Shown here: positions 1 to 12,172 of the stretch, in pieces
How positions within the stretch are numbered: the first letter of the stretch is position 1
Layout of the letters: the number at the start of each line of letters is the position of its first letter
Assembly (NCBI GenBank): GCA_950097015.1
Contig: CATNEN010000038.1
Span: 24,056,001 to 24,120,000, forward strand
DNA: 64,000 bases
Reading direction: 5' to 3'
Origin: Macrostomum hystrix
Taxonomy: Eukaryota > Animalia > Platyhelminthes
Notes under the pieces: model-generated
Told to the model about the DNA's origin: nothing
Databases searched by the model: none
What the model saw: only the letters and a program-made list of their open reading frames with translations
Position numbers and translations under genes: made by a program

Positions 1-460
1 ATAGATGAGACACGGGAGAGATGAGACACGGGAGAGATTAGACACGGGATAGATGAGACACGGGATAGATGAGACACGGGAGAGATGAGACACGGGAGAG
101 ATTAGACACGGGATAGATGAGACACGGGATAGATGAGACACGGGAGAGATGAGACACGGGAGAGACAAGACACAGGAGAGATGAGACACGGGAGAGATTA
201 GACACGGGATAGATGAGACACGGGAGAGATGAGACACGGGAGAGATTAGACACAGGATAGATGAGACACGGGATAGATGAGACACGGGAGAGATGAGACA
301 CGGGAGAGATGAGACACGAGAGCGATGAGACACAGGAGAGATTAGACACGGGAGAGATGAGAAACAGGAGAGATTAGACACGGGAGAGATTAGACACGAG
401 AGAGATGAGAAACAGGAGAGATTAGACACGGGATCGAGATCAGACACGAGAGAGATGAAA
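1..460. repeat. 16-bp minisatellite (GATGAGACACGGGAGA / GATTAGACACGGGATA), cut by the window edge; probably intronic in the kinase gene
   Basis: The unit repeats directly from position 1 and decays near 430-460. Confidence 0.95.
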
Positions 461-490
461 CAGGACACTGTAGATGTCAGAAGGGGCAAC

Positions 491-553
491 GGGCCGGATT
501 TGGGAGCTTCGAGGGCCGCATCTGGCCCGCGGGCCGGAGTTTGCCGACCCCTG
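491..553. mobile_element. Orphan terminus of a hAT (Charlie-like) DNA transposon
   Basis: The reverse complement reads CAGGGGTCGGCAAACTCCGGCCCGCGGGCCAGATGCGGCCCTC, the typical Charlie/MER58-type TIR plus GGCCCGCGGGCC subterminal palindrome. The partner end is not in the window. Confidence 0.7.
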
Positions 554-800
554 CTTTATGGGGAGTGAAAATGTCATTTTTCTAAGAAACGTCTACATCT
601 ACTCCTATTGGTCATTGCACGGTTACGACTCCGCCATTACGAACACCCTAAATTGTTTCTTATCGTGTTATTTCCTATTTGGAATTGTAGAATTGGGAAA
701 TTATGCAACCTTAGTTGCTAATGTTTCCCAAACTTGTCAAGTTGTCAGCGCCTGTTCGTAAATTATCCACTTTGGACTGATTTTAGTCTTACTCGTACAT

Positions 801-1177
801 TAATACTAATAGTAATAATGCTCGTAATTGCAGGATGGCTTTGGGAAAAGTCACATTATTTGTTGACTCTAGACCCGCAGCCAGCGGGGAGGCACTTCTG
901 CCCATTTCGCTGACTCCTGAGCACACACGCACACAGATACTGTACGCAGGCACACGCTCACACAGGTGTGTACATCTGCCCTGACTTTCTTATCGTCAGG
1001 CAGTGTACACTCTCACTGTGCCTTGGAGGTTGGTCCTCAAGGGCGTAAACTGCGCGACAAATCACCAAAGCCTTCTCTCCGCGGCTGCGCCCCAAATGAA
1101 TGTGGCCTCGCCGCGGAATCGAACTTAGGGGACCGTGGTGCGAGAGGCAAACGCGTCAACCGCCACTCATCCCCCCT
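801..1177 (-). mobile_element. tRNA-derived SINE, family A, near full length
   Basis: The minus strand has a tRNA-like head with B box GTTCGATTCC, a body shared with copies at 27049, 33914, 37546 and 39471, and a degenerate (TTA)-like tail. Confidence 0.85.
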
Positions 1178-1271
1178 TAACTACTCGTACATAACACACA
1201 TTGAACAGTTTTGTTTCATTTGCGCTTACTCATTCCCTGACCTCCGCTCCCTCCTTCTCCGTTGATGTTAG

Positions 1272-1591
1272 CCGTCGACATGTGGTCCGCCGGCGCAGTG
1301 ATTTTCTTCGTAGCCACAGGCTATTCGCCTTTCGCCCCAGCCCGTCACGAGCCCAAGGAGGTTGTGTACTCTCGCGTGGCCACAGTCGGCTGCGACTGGT
1401 CCCTGCTAGCTGGGCACGACTGCGAGCCGCTAGTTCGTCGACTGCTAGTTAAAGAGGCCGGCGGAAGACTCACGGCTGAAGTGGCTCTCAAACACGAATT
1501 CCTAATGCAGCGACCTAATAGCGTCAGCGAAGGCGGTGAAACAGTTGAAAATCAAGTCGAAGATCCGACTGTACAATTAGCCAGCGATTGA
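1272..1591 (+). CDS. Terminal exon of a Ser/Thr protein kinase (subdomains IX-XI, CAMK-group-like); upstream exons lie outside the window
   Basis: Translation VDMWSAGAVIFFVATGYSPF ... RLLVKEAGGRLTAEVALKHEF. Pyrimidine tract with AG at 1270-1271, TGA at 1589-1591, ATTAAA downstream. Confidence 0.75.
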
Positions 1592-2264
1592 GTCAACTAA
1601 TTTTTTTCCGGCTTTTCAAAAGGTAAGGCTATACAGCTAAGCAGAAATTAAAAAACCGAATGCTTTTTAATAAGAACTCTTAAATTAAAGTAGCCACTAA
1701 CTTCGTCTTATCGGGTTACTTGCATTAGGTTCGTGTCAAAGTAGAGGTGTGTCTGTACATGACATAATCTTATCGAACATTCACAAAATTTTGGTTATCG
1801 CCTAGTTACTTCGTACTCGTATAGTGTGTGTTCTAGAGTCAATATGCTCACGATTGCACGCAGTTAAAACTGGATCTTTCTTCTTATCTAAAGCTTGAAT
1901 TCAATTATTCAAAATCGCTATAAAAACCTGCAAGGCTTTTTTCTGCACCCATTTGCTGCCAAATCCCATTCTGTTTTCTCATTACCCCTTGGTAGTTTTA
2001 AAACAGTTTTTTAATCCACAAAAGTACATTGCAATGTGTGCTAAAATACTTGCCGGTATAGTCAGACATGCTATGAGCGGAGAATCGAAAAAAACGATAT
2101 TTTGTCCTTTAGATTGACCGACAGACAGATCTAGATTGACAGCTAGTCAATACTTTGGGAGTCCCAGAAATGATATGGGACAAGAGAGAGTAGAGAGTAG
2201 AGTAGATATGGAGAGAGTAGATATGGACGGAATAGAGACAGAATAGTGTGCATGTATTCGGATG

Positions 2265-3063
2265 GATGGAGGGACTGGGAGAGAGTAGATATTGATGAAT
2301 GGAGGGACTGGGAGAGAGTAGATATTGATGAATGGAGGGACTGGGAGAGAGTAGATATTGATGGATAGAAGGACTGAGAGAGAGAGTAGATATTGATGAA
2401 TGGAGGGACTGGGAGAGAGTAGATATTGATGAATGGAGGGACTGGGTGGGAGAGAGTAGATATTGATGAATGGAGGGACTGGGAGAGAGTAGATATTGAT
2501 GGATGGCGGGACTGGGAGAGAGTAGATATTGATGGATGGAGGGAATGGGTGGGAGAGAGTAGATATTGATGGATGGAGGGACTGGGAGAGAGTAGATATT
2601 GATGGATGGAGGGACTGGGAGAGAGTAGATATTGATGGATGGAGGGACTGGGAGAGAGAGATATTGATGAATGGAGGGACTGGGAGAGAGTAGATATTGA
2701 TGAATGGAGGGACTGGGAGAGAGTAGATATTGATGAATGGAGGGACTGGGAGAGAGTAGATATTGATGGATAGAAGGACTGGGAGAGAGTAGATATTGAT
2801 GGATGGAGGGACTGGGAGAGAGTAGATATTGATGGATGGAGGGACTGGGAGAGAGTAGATATTGATGGATGGAGGGACTGGGAGAGAGAGATATTGATGA
2901 ATGGAGGGACTGGGAGAGAGTAGATATTGATGAATGGAGGGACTGGGAGAGAGTAGATATTGATGAATGGAGGGACTGGGAGAGAGTAGATATTGATGAA
3001 TGGAGGGACTGGGAGAGAGTAGATATTGATGAATGGAGGGACTGGGAGAGAGTAGATATTGAT
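2265..3063. repeat. 33-bp purine-rich minisatellite (TGGAGGGACTGGGAGAGAGTAGATATTGATGAA)
   Basis: Direct tandem repetition; 11-aa periodicity in the spurious ORF 2869..3075. Confidence 0.95.
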
Positions 3064-4050
3064 GACAGGGAGTGAGGGAGAATGAGACTTACTACCGTAC
3101 TAAAATTTTGGACTACTACATAAATTATCTACTTATTTAACAGAAAAGTGCAAGAAATTAAAGCAATGAATTGAATTGCTATACAGGTTATATAAAAGAG
3201 TTATATAAAATACTTACAGTTATATCTTCGTAGTTGAGACCAATTCAGGTCAGTGAAGCTGGCTTTGAATTAAATAAAAACGGCAGACTTCAAGTAAATG
3301 TCGGCAGTTGATCGTTGAACACAATAAATTGAGCATTAACTATCTCTCAGAGTGTTGGCTGTGCGCAGCTGACAAGGAAAGCAAGGTGTGCTATATGTCT
3401 ATGGCTCAAAAAGCGGCTACGGACCGATTGTGTTTATGCGTGTCCTAGCCGAGCAAAATAACAAAGTGAATGAGGAGCAGCTGTGGAGAGATTAAATAAA
3501 TTATAGACCAAACATTATTGCTAACGTGTCAACCACCTTAGTGACTCAACGACAAGCTAACACAGATTCTTCATATTCGGTGGCGTGGTATTTTTATGCT
3601 TGTCCTAGAAAGACATCTCTAGGGTTTTCTCTCTTTTCTGCCCCTTAGCTCTCGAAACCCACCCCTTGAGCTCTTCCCCTGCAGTCAATATGCTGCCGTT
3701 ACTATGCAGGGCTGCTTGGGACAAAATTATAGACTGTTCCGTATAACTGTGTGCATATATTGTGATTGTGAAGTTGCAATCGCGGAAGTTGCTTGAACGC
3801 TCAACATATGTGCTGTGTCTATAGATCCGCTGCTCTCTCTTATAAGGTGCATACTTTTATAAAACATACTGCTTAGTATAAAACACACCCGTTTTATAGT
3901 TAGAATCCCACTTTAGGAATTAAATACTGCGTGCTCCAATAGGATTAAGGATTTGTCATAAAAATCAAATTCATTACTTTATACACTGTACATTTAACAT
4001 TACATTTAAATTTTTCGAGAATTATTTGTCAGATAAAAAATATATACCGA

Positions 4051-4345
4051 TGTGGCGGTCAAGGGCAAGTGCACTCGGTGGCAGCCACTTGCAAGCCGTT
4101 CTGCCCGCCGATTTCTCACACCACCCCACGTCTGCACGCGGCCAACCCCGGGGGTTAGGGGTGGGCGCCACCCCTCCCCAGCGTGGCGTGTTTGGGCGGT
4201 GTGACCTTGACTTTTTTACCGCTTGTTTACGCGATGGCCGTATAAGACTGTTTGCGTGCGCCTCCTTCTGTTTACCCTTTTCCGCGTTTCACTTTGCTCT
4301 CCGCAAATATACGTTTCGCACGCAGTAGCTAGCTACCACGCTACA
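4051..4345 (+). repeat. 5' LTR (295 bp)
   Basis: TGTGGCGG...CACGCTACA, direct repeat of 8197-8491; TATAAG near 4241. Confidence 0.95.
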
Positions 4346-4378
4346 TTGGTGAGCCCGACACCCGCCATTCCGTTTTAA

Positions 4379-5083
4379 ATGGCGCTTCCTACTGAGTCAT
4401 CCGTAGCACTCAAGCTGCCCACGTTTTGGGCTGCACAGCCACGCGCGTGGTTTATTCAGGCGGAGGCCCAGTTCCAGCTGCGGGGCATCAGCCAGGACGA
4501 CACCAAGTACCACCACTTGGTCGCCTCGCTTGACCAGCGGACCGCTGAACGCCTGCTGGATGTCCTGGAGAGCCCTCCGGACACCAACAAATACGGCAGG
4601 TTGAAGGAGCGCCTGCTCGGCTCTTTCAGCCTCACCCGGCAGCAGCGAGCCAGCCGCCTGCTCAGCATGTCCAGCCTCGGAGATCGCCGTCCGTCCGAGC
4701 TGATGGACGAAATGCTGGCCCTGCTGGGCGACCATCGGCCTTGCCTGCTCTTTGAAGAGCTTTTCCGCCAGCAGCTGCCCGCGGACATCCGGATGGCGCT
4801 CGCTTCGGCAGATTTCGAGGATCCCCGGGCGGTCGCGCAGCTCGCCGACCAGCTCTGGGCCAGCCGACCGCAACCAATGGCCGCCTCTGCGCACCTGGAG
4901 GACCTGCCCGAGGTTTGCGCCGCGCGACAGGCTGCTCGGCCTCGCGCCAAGTCGCCCCGGCCGGGACACCGCGGCAGCCGCACTCCGGAGGTGTGCTATT
5001 TCCACCGCAAGTTCGGCGCGAAGGCCAGGCAATGCGAGCAGCCCTGCAGCTTCTCGGGAAACGGGCTGGCCGGCCGTCAGTGA
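4379..5083 (+). CDS. gag: Retrotransposon Gag
   Basis: N-terminus KLPTFW...WFIQAEAQF and nucleocapsid motif [18 protein letters not shown] (CHCC), both typical of CsRn1-lineage Gag. Confidence 0.93.
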   Translation: MALPTESSVALKLPTFWAAQPRAWFIQAEAQFQLRGISQDDTKYHHLVASLDQRTAERLLDVLESPPDTNKYGRLKERLLGSFSLTRQQRASRLLSMSSLGDRRPSELMDEMLALLGDHRPCLLFEELFRQQLPADIRMALASADFEDPRAVAQLADQLWASRPQPMAASAHLEDLPEVCAARQAARPRAKSPRPGHRGSRTPEVCYFHRKFGAKARQCEQPCSFSGNGLAGRQ

Positions 5084-5100
5084 ACATCGCGGCGGCCGGC
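5056..5100 (+). promoter_or_regulatory. Programmed -1 ribosomal frameshift signal
   Basis: Slippery heptamer G GGA AAC (5056-5062) is in the gag frame and pol is in the -1 frame. A 6-nt spacer precedes a GC-rich stem GCCGGCCGTC / GGCGGCCGGC. Confidence 0.85.
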
Positions 5101-8100
5101 AACCTGCTGCTCATCCCCGACGTCCAGTCCGGCCGGCGTTTCCTGGTGGACACGGGCGCCGAGGTCAGCATCTTCCCAGCCTCCGCGGACGATGCCCGCG
5201 CCCGCTCGCCGGGCCCGCCCCTGTTCGCCGCCAACGGAAGCCGAATTCGCACATTCGGCAGTCGCAGCCTCACCCTAGACATCGGCCTGAAGACCTGCAC
5301 TTGGTCGTTCGTGCTGGCCGAGGTCTCCAGGCCGCTGATCGGCGCCGACTTCCTGCGCCACCACGGCCTGCTAGTGGACCTGCCGAACCGCCGTCTCCTG
5401 GACGCCAGCTCCCTGGCCAGCGTGCACCTGCTGCCCGGTTCCGGTTCTGCACCGCAGCTCGCCGCCGCCGTGGCCAAGGACCCGTACAGCCGACTGCTGG
5501 CGGAGTTCCCCAGCATCACGGAGCCCAGTTTCATCAGGGCCACGCCGCGGCACGGCGTCGAACACTGCATCCCGACGACGGGCCCTCCGGTACATGCCAG
5601 GGCGCGCCGCCTGCCACCCGACAAGCTGGCTGCAGCCAAGGAGGAGTTTCGCAACCTGGAGCAGCTCGGAATCGTGCGGCGGTCCAGCAGCCCGTGGTCG
5701 TCGCCGCTGCACATGGTGCCTAAGGCTTCCGGCGGTTTCCGGCCCTGCGGCGATTTCAGGCGTCTCAACGACGCCACGGTGCCAGACCGCTACCCTGTGC
5801 CGCATATCCAAGACTTTTCGGCGCGGCTGACCGGCTGCACCGTGTTCTCTAAGATTGACCTGGTGCGCGGCTACCACCAGATCCCAGTCGCCGAGGCCGA
5901 CATCCCGAAGACCGCCGTAATAACGCCCTTCGGGCTGTTCGAGTTCCTCCGCATGCCATTTGGCCTGAAAAACGCGGCACAGGCCTTCCAGCGCTTAGTG
6001 GACTCGATTTGCCAGGACCTGCCAGCAGTTTTCGCCTACATCGACGATTTCCTGGTGGCCAGCAACAGCCTTGAGCAGCACGAGGAGCACCTGCGGCAGC
6101 TGTTCCAGCGCCTCGCTGACAACGGCCTGTTGCTGAACCCGGCCAAGTGCCAGTTCGGCCGCAGCCAGATCGACTTCCTGGGCCACAGGATCAGCGCCGC
6201 GGGTGCCGTGCCGCTGCCGGACAAAGTCGACGTCATCGCCCGATTCGCGCCGCCCACGACGGTGAAGGGCCTCCAGGAGTTCGCCGGCATGGTGAACTTC
6301 TATCACCGCTTTGTGCCCCGCGCTGCCCAGCTGCTGCGCCCGATCTACCAGGCCATGTCCGGCAAGGGGAAGCTGGTGCAGTGGACGCCAGAGCTGACCG
6401 AGGCTTTCGACAATACCAAGCGAGCGCTCGCTAACGCAGCCATGCTGGCGCACCCCAGGCCCGAGGCGCCGATGGCCCTCACAGTCGACGCTTCCGACAC
6501 GGCCGTCGGCGCCGTCCTCGAACAGCACGTCGGCCTCGCCTGGCAGCCACTTGCCTTCTTCAGCCGCCAGCTGAGGCCAGCGGAGCAGAAGTACAGCGCT
6601 TTCGACCGCGAGCTTCTGGCGCTGTACCTAGCGGTCCGCCACTTTCGTTTCTTCCTGGAGGGGCGCCCATTCACCGCCTACACGGACCACAAACCGCTGG
6701 CCGCCGCCATGGCCAAGCTGTCCGACCCGTGGTCCGCCCGACAGCAACGCCACCTGGCGTACGTTAGCGAGTTCACCACGGACGTCCAGCACATCGCCGG
6801 CAAGGACAACCCGGTGGCCGACGCGCTGTCCCGCTGCACCGTGGCCAGTGTGCTACCTGGCGTCGACTATGCCGCCATGGCGCGGGTCCAGCAGGCCCCC
6901 ACCGAGCCACACTCCGGGCTTCGGTTGGAGCGAGTGAGCCTCCGCGCAGGCCTGGAGTTGCTCTGCGACGTCTCCACCGGTCGGCCCCGCCCGCTGGTGC
7001 CGCCTGATTTCCGACGGCCGGTGTTCGACGCCATCCACGGCCTCGCGCACCCCTCCATCCGCAGCTCCCGCCGCCTCGTCGCCGACCGTTTCGTCTGGCC
7101 CGGCCTCAACCGGGACGTCGGCCTTTGGGCTCGCAGCTGCGTCGCCTGCCAGACGGCTAAAGTCCAGCGGCACGTGGTCAGCGAGCCGGACAGCATCCCG
7201 GTGCCTCGCGATCGTTTCGCACACGTGCACATCGACCTGGTCGGCCCGCTGCCGCCGTCGCAAGGTTTCACGCACCTGCTGACCGTGGTCGACCGTTTCA
7301 CGCGCTGGCCGGAAGCAATCCCGCTGGCCGACACCTCCGCGGCCACCTGCGCCGGCGCCTTCATCACGCACTGGGTCGCCCGTTTCGGCGTGCCTGGCGA
7401 CCTCACCTCCGACCGCGGCCCGCAATTCACCTCGGAGCTGTGGGCGAACGTCTCCCGCCTGCTGGGCATGCAGCTGCACCAGACGACGGCTTTTCATCCA
7501 CAGGCCAACGGGCTGGTCGAGCGTTTTCATCGACATCTCAAGGCCTCCTTGATGGCGCGGCTGACAGGGCCGTCCTGGACTACCGAGTTGCCCTGGGTGC
7601 TGCTGGGCATCCGCACGGCGCCCAAGGAGGATTTCGGCGTTTCTTCGGCCGAAATGGTGTACGGCGTCCCACTGGCGGTGCCGGGCGAGTGCCTGCAGGC
7701 CGGCCCACCCACCGCGAGCCACGACGGTTTTCTGACCCACCTGCGCCAGGCCGTGCAGGCTTTCCGGCCGCCACCGACCTCCCAACACGGTCGCCGTGCC
7801 ACCGCCTGGCCGACTGCCCTGGACGCCTGCACGCACGTTTTCGTCCGCCGCGACGGGCACCGGCCGGCACTGCAGCCGCCTTACCTCGGCCCCTTCAAGG
7901 TGCTGAAGCGCGGCGCCAAGGCGTTCCTCCTCGACCTCGTCACCCGGCAGGACCACGTGTCGGTGGACCGGCTCAAGCCGGCAACGCTCGACCCAACCAG
8001 CCCGGCTCCGACGCCGCAACTTCGCCCGCGCGGCCGGCCGCCGCGGGACCCAACGACACGCCCGCCTAGCGTTCCCGGCACCAAAGCAGAGCCGGCCGCC

Positions 8101-8304
8101 ACTCCACCGGTCACCCCTCCGCCGGTTCCTCTGCGTCGGCGCCAGCCGCAGCGCCGGTGCCGGCGGGTACCGAAGGCCACCGCTGGGGGGGAGCCCTGTG
8201 GCGGTCAAGGGCAAGTGCACTCGGTGGCAGCCACTTGCAAGCCGTTCTGCCCGCCGATTTCTCACACCACCCCACGTCTGCACGCGGCCAACCCCGGGGG
8301 TTAG
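5056..8304 (+). CDS. pol: Retrotransposon Pol (protease, RT, RNase H, integrase), entered by -1 frameshift from gag; open frame is 4915..8304
   Basis: Protease LVDTGAE; [21 protein letters not shown] and YIDD; RNase H VDASD, DRELLA and TDHKPL; integrase HHCC, IDLVGP, SDRG, GLVERFH and PYLGPF. No stops. Confidence 0.95.
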   Translation, partial: GKRAGRPSVNIAAAGNLLLIPDVQSGRRFLVDTGAEVSIFPASADDARARSPGPPLFAANGSRIRTFGSRSLTLDIGLKTCTWSFVLAEVSRPLIGADFLRHHGLLVDLPNRRLLDASSLASVHLLPGSGSAPQLAAAVAKDPYSRLLAEFPSITEPSFIRATPRHGVEHCIPTTGPPVHARARRLPPDKLAAAKEEFRNLEQLGIVRRSSSPWSSPLHMVPKASGGFRPCGDFRRLNDATVPDRYPVPHIQDFSARLTGCTVFSKIDLVRGYHQIPVAEADIPKTAVITPFGLFEFLRMPFGLKNAAQAFQRLVDSICQDLPAVFAYIDDFLVASNSLEQHEEHLRQLFQRLADNGLLLNPAKCQFGRSQIDFLGHRISAAGAVPLPDKVDVIARFAPPTTVKGLQEFAGMVNFYHRFVPRAAQLLRPIYQAMSGKGKLVQWTPELTEAFDNTKRALANAAMLAHPRPEAPMALTVDASDTAVGAVLEQHVGLAWQPLAFFSRQLRPAEQKYSAFDRELLALYLAVRHFRFFLEGRPFTAYTDHKPLAAAMAKLSDPWSARQQRHLAYVSEFTTDVQHIAGKDNPVADALSRCTVASVLPGVDYAAMARVQQAPTEPHSGLRLERVSLRAGLELLCDVSTGRPRPLVPPDFRRPVFDAIHGLAHPSIRSSRRLVADRFVWPGLNRDVGLWARSCVACQTAKVQRHVVSEPDSIPVPRDRFAHVHIDLVGPLPPSQGFTHLLTVVDRFTRWPEAIPLADTSAATCAGAFITHWVARFGVPGDLTSDRGPQFTSELWANVSRLLGMQLHQTTAFHPQANGLVERFHRHLKASLMARLTGPSWTTELPWVLLGIRTAPKEDFGVSSAEMVYGVPLAVPGECLQAGPPTASHDGFLTHLRQAVQAFRPPPTSQHGRRATAWPTALDACTHVFVRRDGHRPALQPPYLGPFKVLKRGAKAFLLDLVTRQDHVSVDRLKPATLDPTSPAPTPQLRPRGRPPRDPTTRPPSVPGTKAEPAATPPVTPPPVPLRRRQPQRRCRRVPKATAGGEPCGGQGQVHSVAATCKPFCPPISHTTPRLHAANPGG

Positions 8305-8491
8305 GGGTGGGCGCCACCCCTCCCCAGCGTGGCGTGTTTGGGCGGTGTGACCTTGACTTTTTTACCGCTTGTTTACGCGATGGCCGTATAAGACTGTTTG
8401 CGTGCGCCTCCTTCTGTTTACCCTTTTCCGCGTTTCACTTTGCTCTCCGCAAATATACGTTTCGCACGCAGTAGCTAGCTACCACGCTACA
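8197..8491 (+). repeat. 3' LTR (295 bp)
   Basis: Identical to 4051-4345 and followed by the TSD CCGA. Confidence 0.95.
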
Positions 8492-9550
8492 CCGATCTCA
8501 ATTTTTCAGACCAATTAGCGCCATGAAGATTATTTTCGACTATTTAATCACAAGGTCAACAATTCTGCTGCGGTTCGGAGTACCACTTTTTCGCTGTAAA
8601 TTTACAGAAACTTAGATGGCATGGTTTGTTGTATTGTTTTTACAGTCTAGCTTTGATTTCATTAGAATATTTTTTGTTATTCATTTCTTCTTTCCTTCAG
8701 CTTTAATATACCAGTGAAATGAGTAGATGGCAGTAGATGAAATGTCTGCGAGTGGGCAGAATAATCGGTTGCTCTATTTTTAGCAACAAAAGGTCAACGA
8801 ACACGCGTCACTCGCGTGATATTCATGCACAGGCAAAAGTTAAACCAGCCAGCTATTCATGCATTAAAGAATGTAAATAAAACGAAACTGCTGGATATAA
8901 ATTGAAAAACCTCTACTAACAGTAGCGGAGTGTAGATATTAAACGTCGGATTTGTTAACTATATATTAGCACATTAGGTACCGTTTTTAAGTCTGCATGC
9001 AAATACAATTTCAATATAGTATCCCACGGTCTTTGTAATTATTTTTGATACCAGTTTATAGTGTTCAGTATTTGACATTTTTTTCTCCTACAAACCCGCA
9101 TGATGCCACTAAAGCTTGACCTTTGTTATAATTATTAGTATTTATATTTTCGATTTGCTGGTGTCTCAAAAAAACTTTTGTTGCCTTGTAAAAAAGAATT
9201 ACATGTCGTTAGTTTACAAAATTTCTCATATCTTCATTGTCACACGATTATTTATTTACTCCTATTTTTGTTTTGAGCACCAAAGTGGTACTGAAGATAA
9301 CCCAACAACCAATAGAATTTTGAGAGTTCCAAAGTTTATTTTCTATTTACTATGGATTTACCTAAATCTAAATGAAATCGAAATCTTAGAACTCTTATCT
9401 GCATAGTTGCAACCAAATGTTGTAAAAGTATATTCTTGCAGATATATTGATAATTTTCATCTAAAAGTTTGTCGAAGTTATAATTCACGAAGAAATGGTT
9501 TTAATTCGCGTTTTACATCAGTTCTTTATGAATTAATCGAGATCCTGCGT

Positions 9551-10040
9551 TGCATAGACTGCAACACTCTGACCCACAGTTGCATAGACTGCAACACTCT
9601 GACCCACAGTTGCATAGACTGCAACACTCTGACCCACAGTTGCATAGACTGCAACACTCTGACCCACAGTTGCATAGACTGCAACACTCTGACCCACAGT
9701 TGCATAGACTGCAACACTCTGACCCACAGTTGCATAGACTGCAACACTCTGACCCACAGTTGCATAGACTGCAACACTCTGACCCACAGTTGCATAGACT
9801 GCAACACTCTGACCCACAGTTGCATAGACTGCAACACTCTGACCCACAGTTGCATAGACTGCAACACTCTGACCCACAGTTGCATAGACTGCAACACTCT
9901 GACCCACAGTTGCATAGACTGCAACACTCTGACCCACAGTTGCATAGACTGCAACACTCTGACCCACAGTTGCATAGACTGCAACACTCTGACCCACAGT
10001 TGCATAGATTGCAACACTCTGACCCACAGTTGCATAGACT
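9551..10040. repeat. 30-bp minisatellite (TGCATAGACTGCAACACTCTGACCCACAGT), about 16 near-perfect copies
   Basis: Direct tandem repetition with one visible substitution, near 10009. Confidence 0.97.
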
Positions 10041-11763
10041 AGCACTAGGCTACAACCTGTCTTGTATAGAAGAGGTTGTCAGAAAGTTTCATAATTTAAA
10101 CACTTCGCTATAATTGCTGATTATATTGCCATTTGTTATATTCTTGAATTCTAGCTTTAAAAGTTAGTTTCATCGTAATAAAGGGCAGAAATTAATTATA
10201 TCGATCGGTGCAATCATTTTTCGCTTGACCACATGATACTATAGGCATGTACTATAATTTAAGCGTAGATCAAGCTAGTACTACTATTTAGTATAAACAG
10301 CCTGCTTCATCAAACGTCATGGTACTTGTACTTTTGAAGTCCTTAGTGTGTGCACATCACACTACTCTAGCTGAGTAGTGTGAGTAGTGAAGGAACACTC
10401 TGTTTTACAGGATAGAACACTTTTAGACGTCAAATAATTTTTAATTACGAGCGTAAATTAATCCGTTATAATTAAAAATGAGTATAAAGCCTATATAACT
10501 ACATAAAAGAACAACTTAAAGATACCTTGGGTGTCCATCATGTGTAAGGTTCAGGCAATGGTTTAAAAGCCTATTTTTCAGATCTTGAAGTCTGCGAGTA
10601 TGCGATGCTCAAACTCATTGTTAACATTGATGCACTAATGAATGGCCGAACTTACAGTCTGAAAGATATTTTTAGAGTGTTTATGCGACACCGGAAGTGT
10701 GTACTCGAACTTCAACACCAATTGCGAGCTAAATATAAAACACAAATTAATCCACATCATGATAGCCAAAGTGTAGAAAACAAGTATTTAAAAACGAGAT
10801 TAAAATTACACTGTCAGTCGCTGTTTTTTATTTTTTTTATTTTAGAGGTACATTAAGTGGAAATTAAACGGACTCATCAAACAAAAGAAATAGCCATAAA
10901 AATGTAGAAATCAGTCAAACATTTATTCAATGCAATCTGTCGAGATTTCATTTTCGTCCCTTATTAGCCAATTATCTTTATTGTGCAGCCTTTATTCTCT
11001 AGCACCACACGTTATCTGCCACGCAATCTAACGTGAGCGTATTATCGATTTTTATCGAGCTATCCCGCGCTCACCAAGTCCAGTCTGGCCTAGCCCTGTA
11101 CATTTTCTCCCCCACCCCATTTATCGATCGATATTTTATACATAAAATTTAATTCATGTATCAAAGCTAGACTAAAATCGCACGTTGGTAATAAACTATA
11201 TAAGAAAATGCATTTCTAGCGAGAAATAAGAAACAGGAATGAACAATTGGGAATCGTATATAGATTGGATACCTGATGCGTTAGAAAACTGTCGAACTAA
11301 TGCTAATTGTCTTTTGAAGCTGAGAAAAAAATTCAAAAAATTCAGTAACGCAAGAAAACGCATATAATAACCTGGAATGATATTACTGACGCAATCTGAA
11401 ATTAAGAAACATTCAATCAATGAAACAATAACACAGTCTTAATTGATTTACATGATCATGATCAATCAAAAACATCCATGGTTACAAAGACTAGCAAAAA
11501 TAATAAAACGTAAACTTAAGAAATATAGAAACCATTTTTGTAGCAATTCCTATTTGACAGCCTTTTTGTAAGCAGATAAACAAACGGCGCAGCTGATGAT
11601 CAACATGTTGATTTTAATTACAGGACGCATTTTATTCTCATACACAAGCACACACTGAAAGACCAGGAATTAAAATGAGGGATAGGGTAAGTAGGCATTA
11701 CTAATAATCAGGTAGCAAGATGAGCCATAGACAGTCAACAATATTTGTTCAATTAAGAGATAA

Positions 11764-12016
11764 GACTGCAGCGCAGTAAGTAGAGCTTTCAGAGTTCTAA
11801 CCGTGAGGTCAAGAGTTCGTATCTTAGCTAGAGCACGGGGAACTATTTGTGCCGCTGAAAAGGACACAACATGCAAAAAAATTCGCTGGGGTAGAAATTT
11901 TAGTGGGTGTAGCGGCCCCCAGTCTATGGACAGAACAGCTGTACACTGCCTTTGGTGGCTGAGGCTCTACCACTGGCAACACGTCTGGCCTAATCGAGCT
12001 AAGTGAAATGAAGAAG
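11764..12016 (+). mobile_element. Degenerate tRNA-derived SINE
   Basis: A-box-like AGCGCAGTAAGTAGAGC and B-box-like GAGTTCGTATC, then a non-tRNA body ending TGAAATGAAGAAG. Only one copy is in the window. Confidence 0.45.
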
Positions 12017-12172
12017 CTACAACTTTCTGAAATTATAAGAAAGCAAAAAACGCATGTACTACTTATGAATCAGGTGTACCGAGAGTAGTACTAGAGGTAA
12101 AAAACGCAAAAAAAAACATTTAAACGGGCTGCTTTGTTCAAACAAGGAAATGTGGATTAACTAGAGCAGTAG

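Larger units (their letters stand above)
4051..8491 (+). mobile_element. Complete Ty3/gypsy LTR retrotransposon, CsRn1 lineage (CsRn1/Boudicca/Kabuki-like)
   Basis: LTRs at 4051-4345 and 8197-8491 (TG...CA) are identical on visual comparison. 4-bp TSD CCGA at 4047-4050 and 8492-8495. PBS TGGTGAGCCCGAC follows the 5' LTR (tRNA-Trp-like) and a G-run PPT lies near 8185-8193. Gag carries a CX2HX9CX3C motif, and pol order is PR-RT-RH-IN. Confidence 0.97.

Noticed and set aside
4397-8317. Antisense and alternative-frame ORFs in the retrotransposon (for example 6853..8283 on the minus strand)
   Set aside because: These are expected shadows of GC-rich coding DNA, with no recognisable motifs and no env-like features.
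9551-10040. CRISPR-like appearance of the 30-34-bp arrays (also 14381-16872 and 27739-32460)
   Set aside because: Units are head-to-tail with no unique spacers, there are no cas genes, and the context is eukaryotic.
10358-10384. Perfect 11-bp hairpin TCACACTACTC-TAGCT-GAGTAGTGTGA as a Helitron 3' end
   Set aside because: There is no CTRR terminus at the expected spacing and no second copy in the window.
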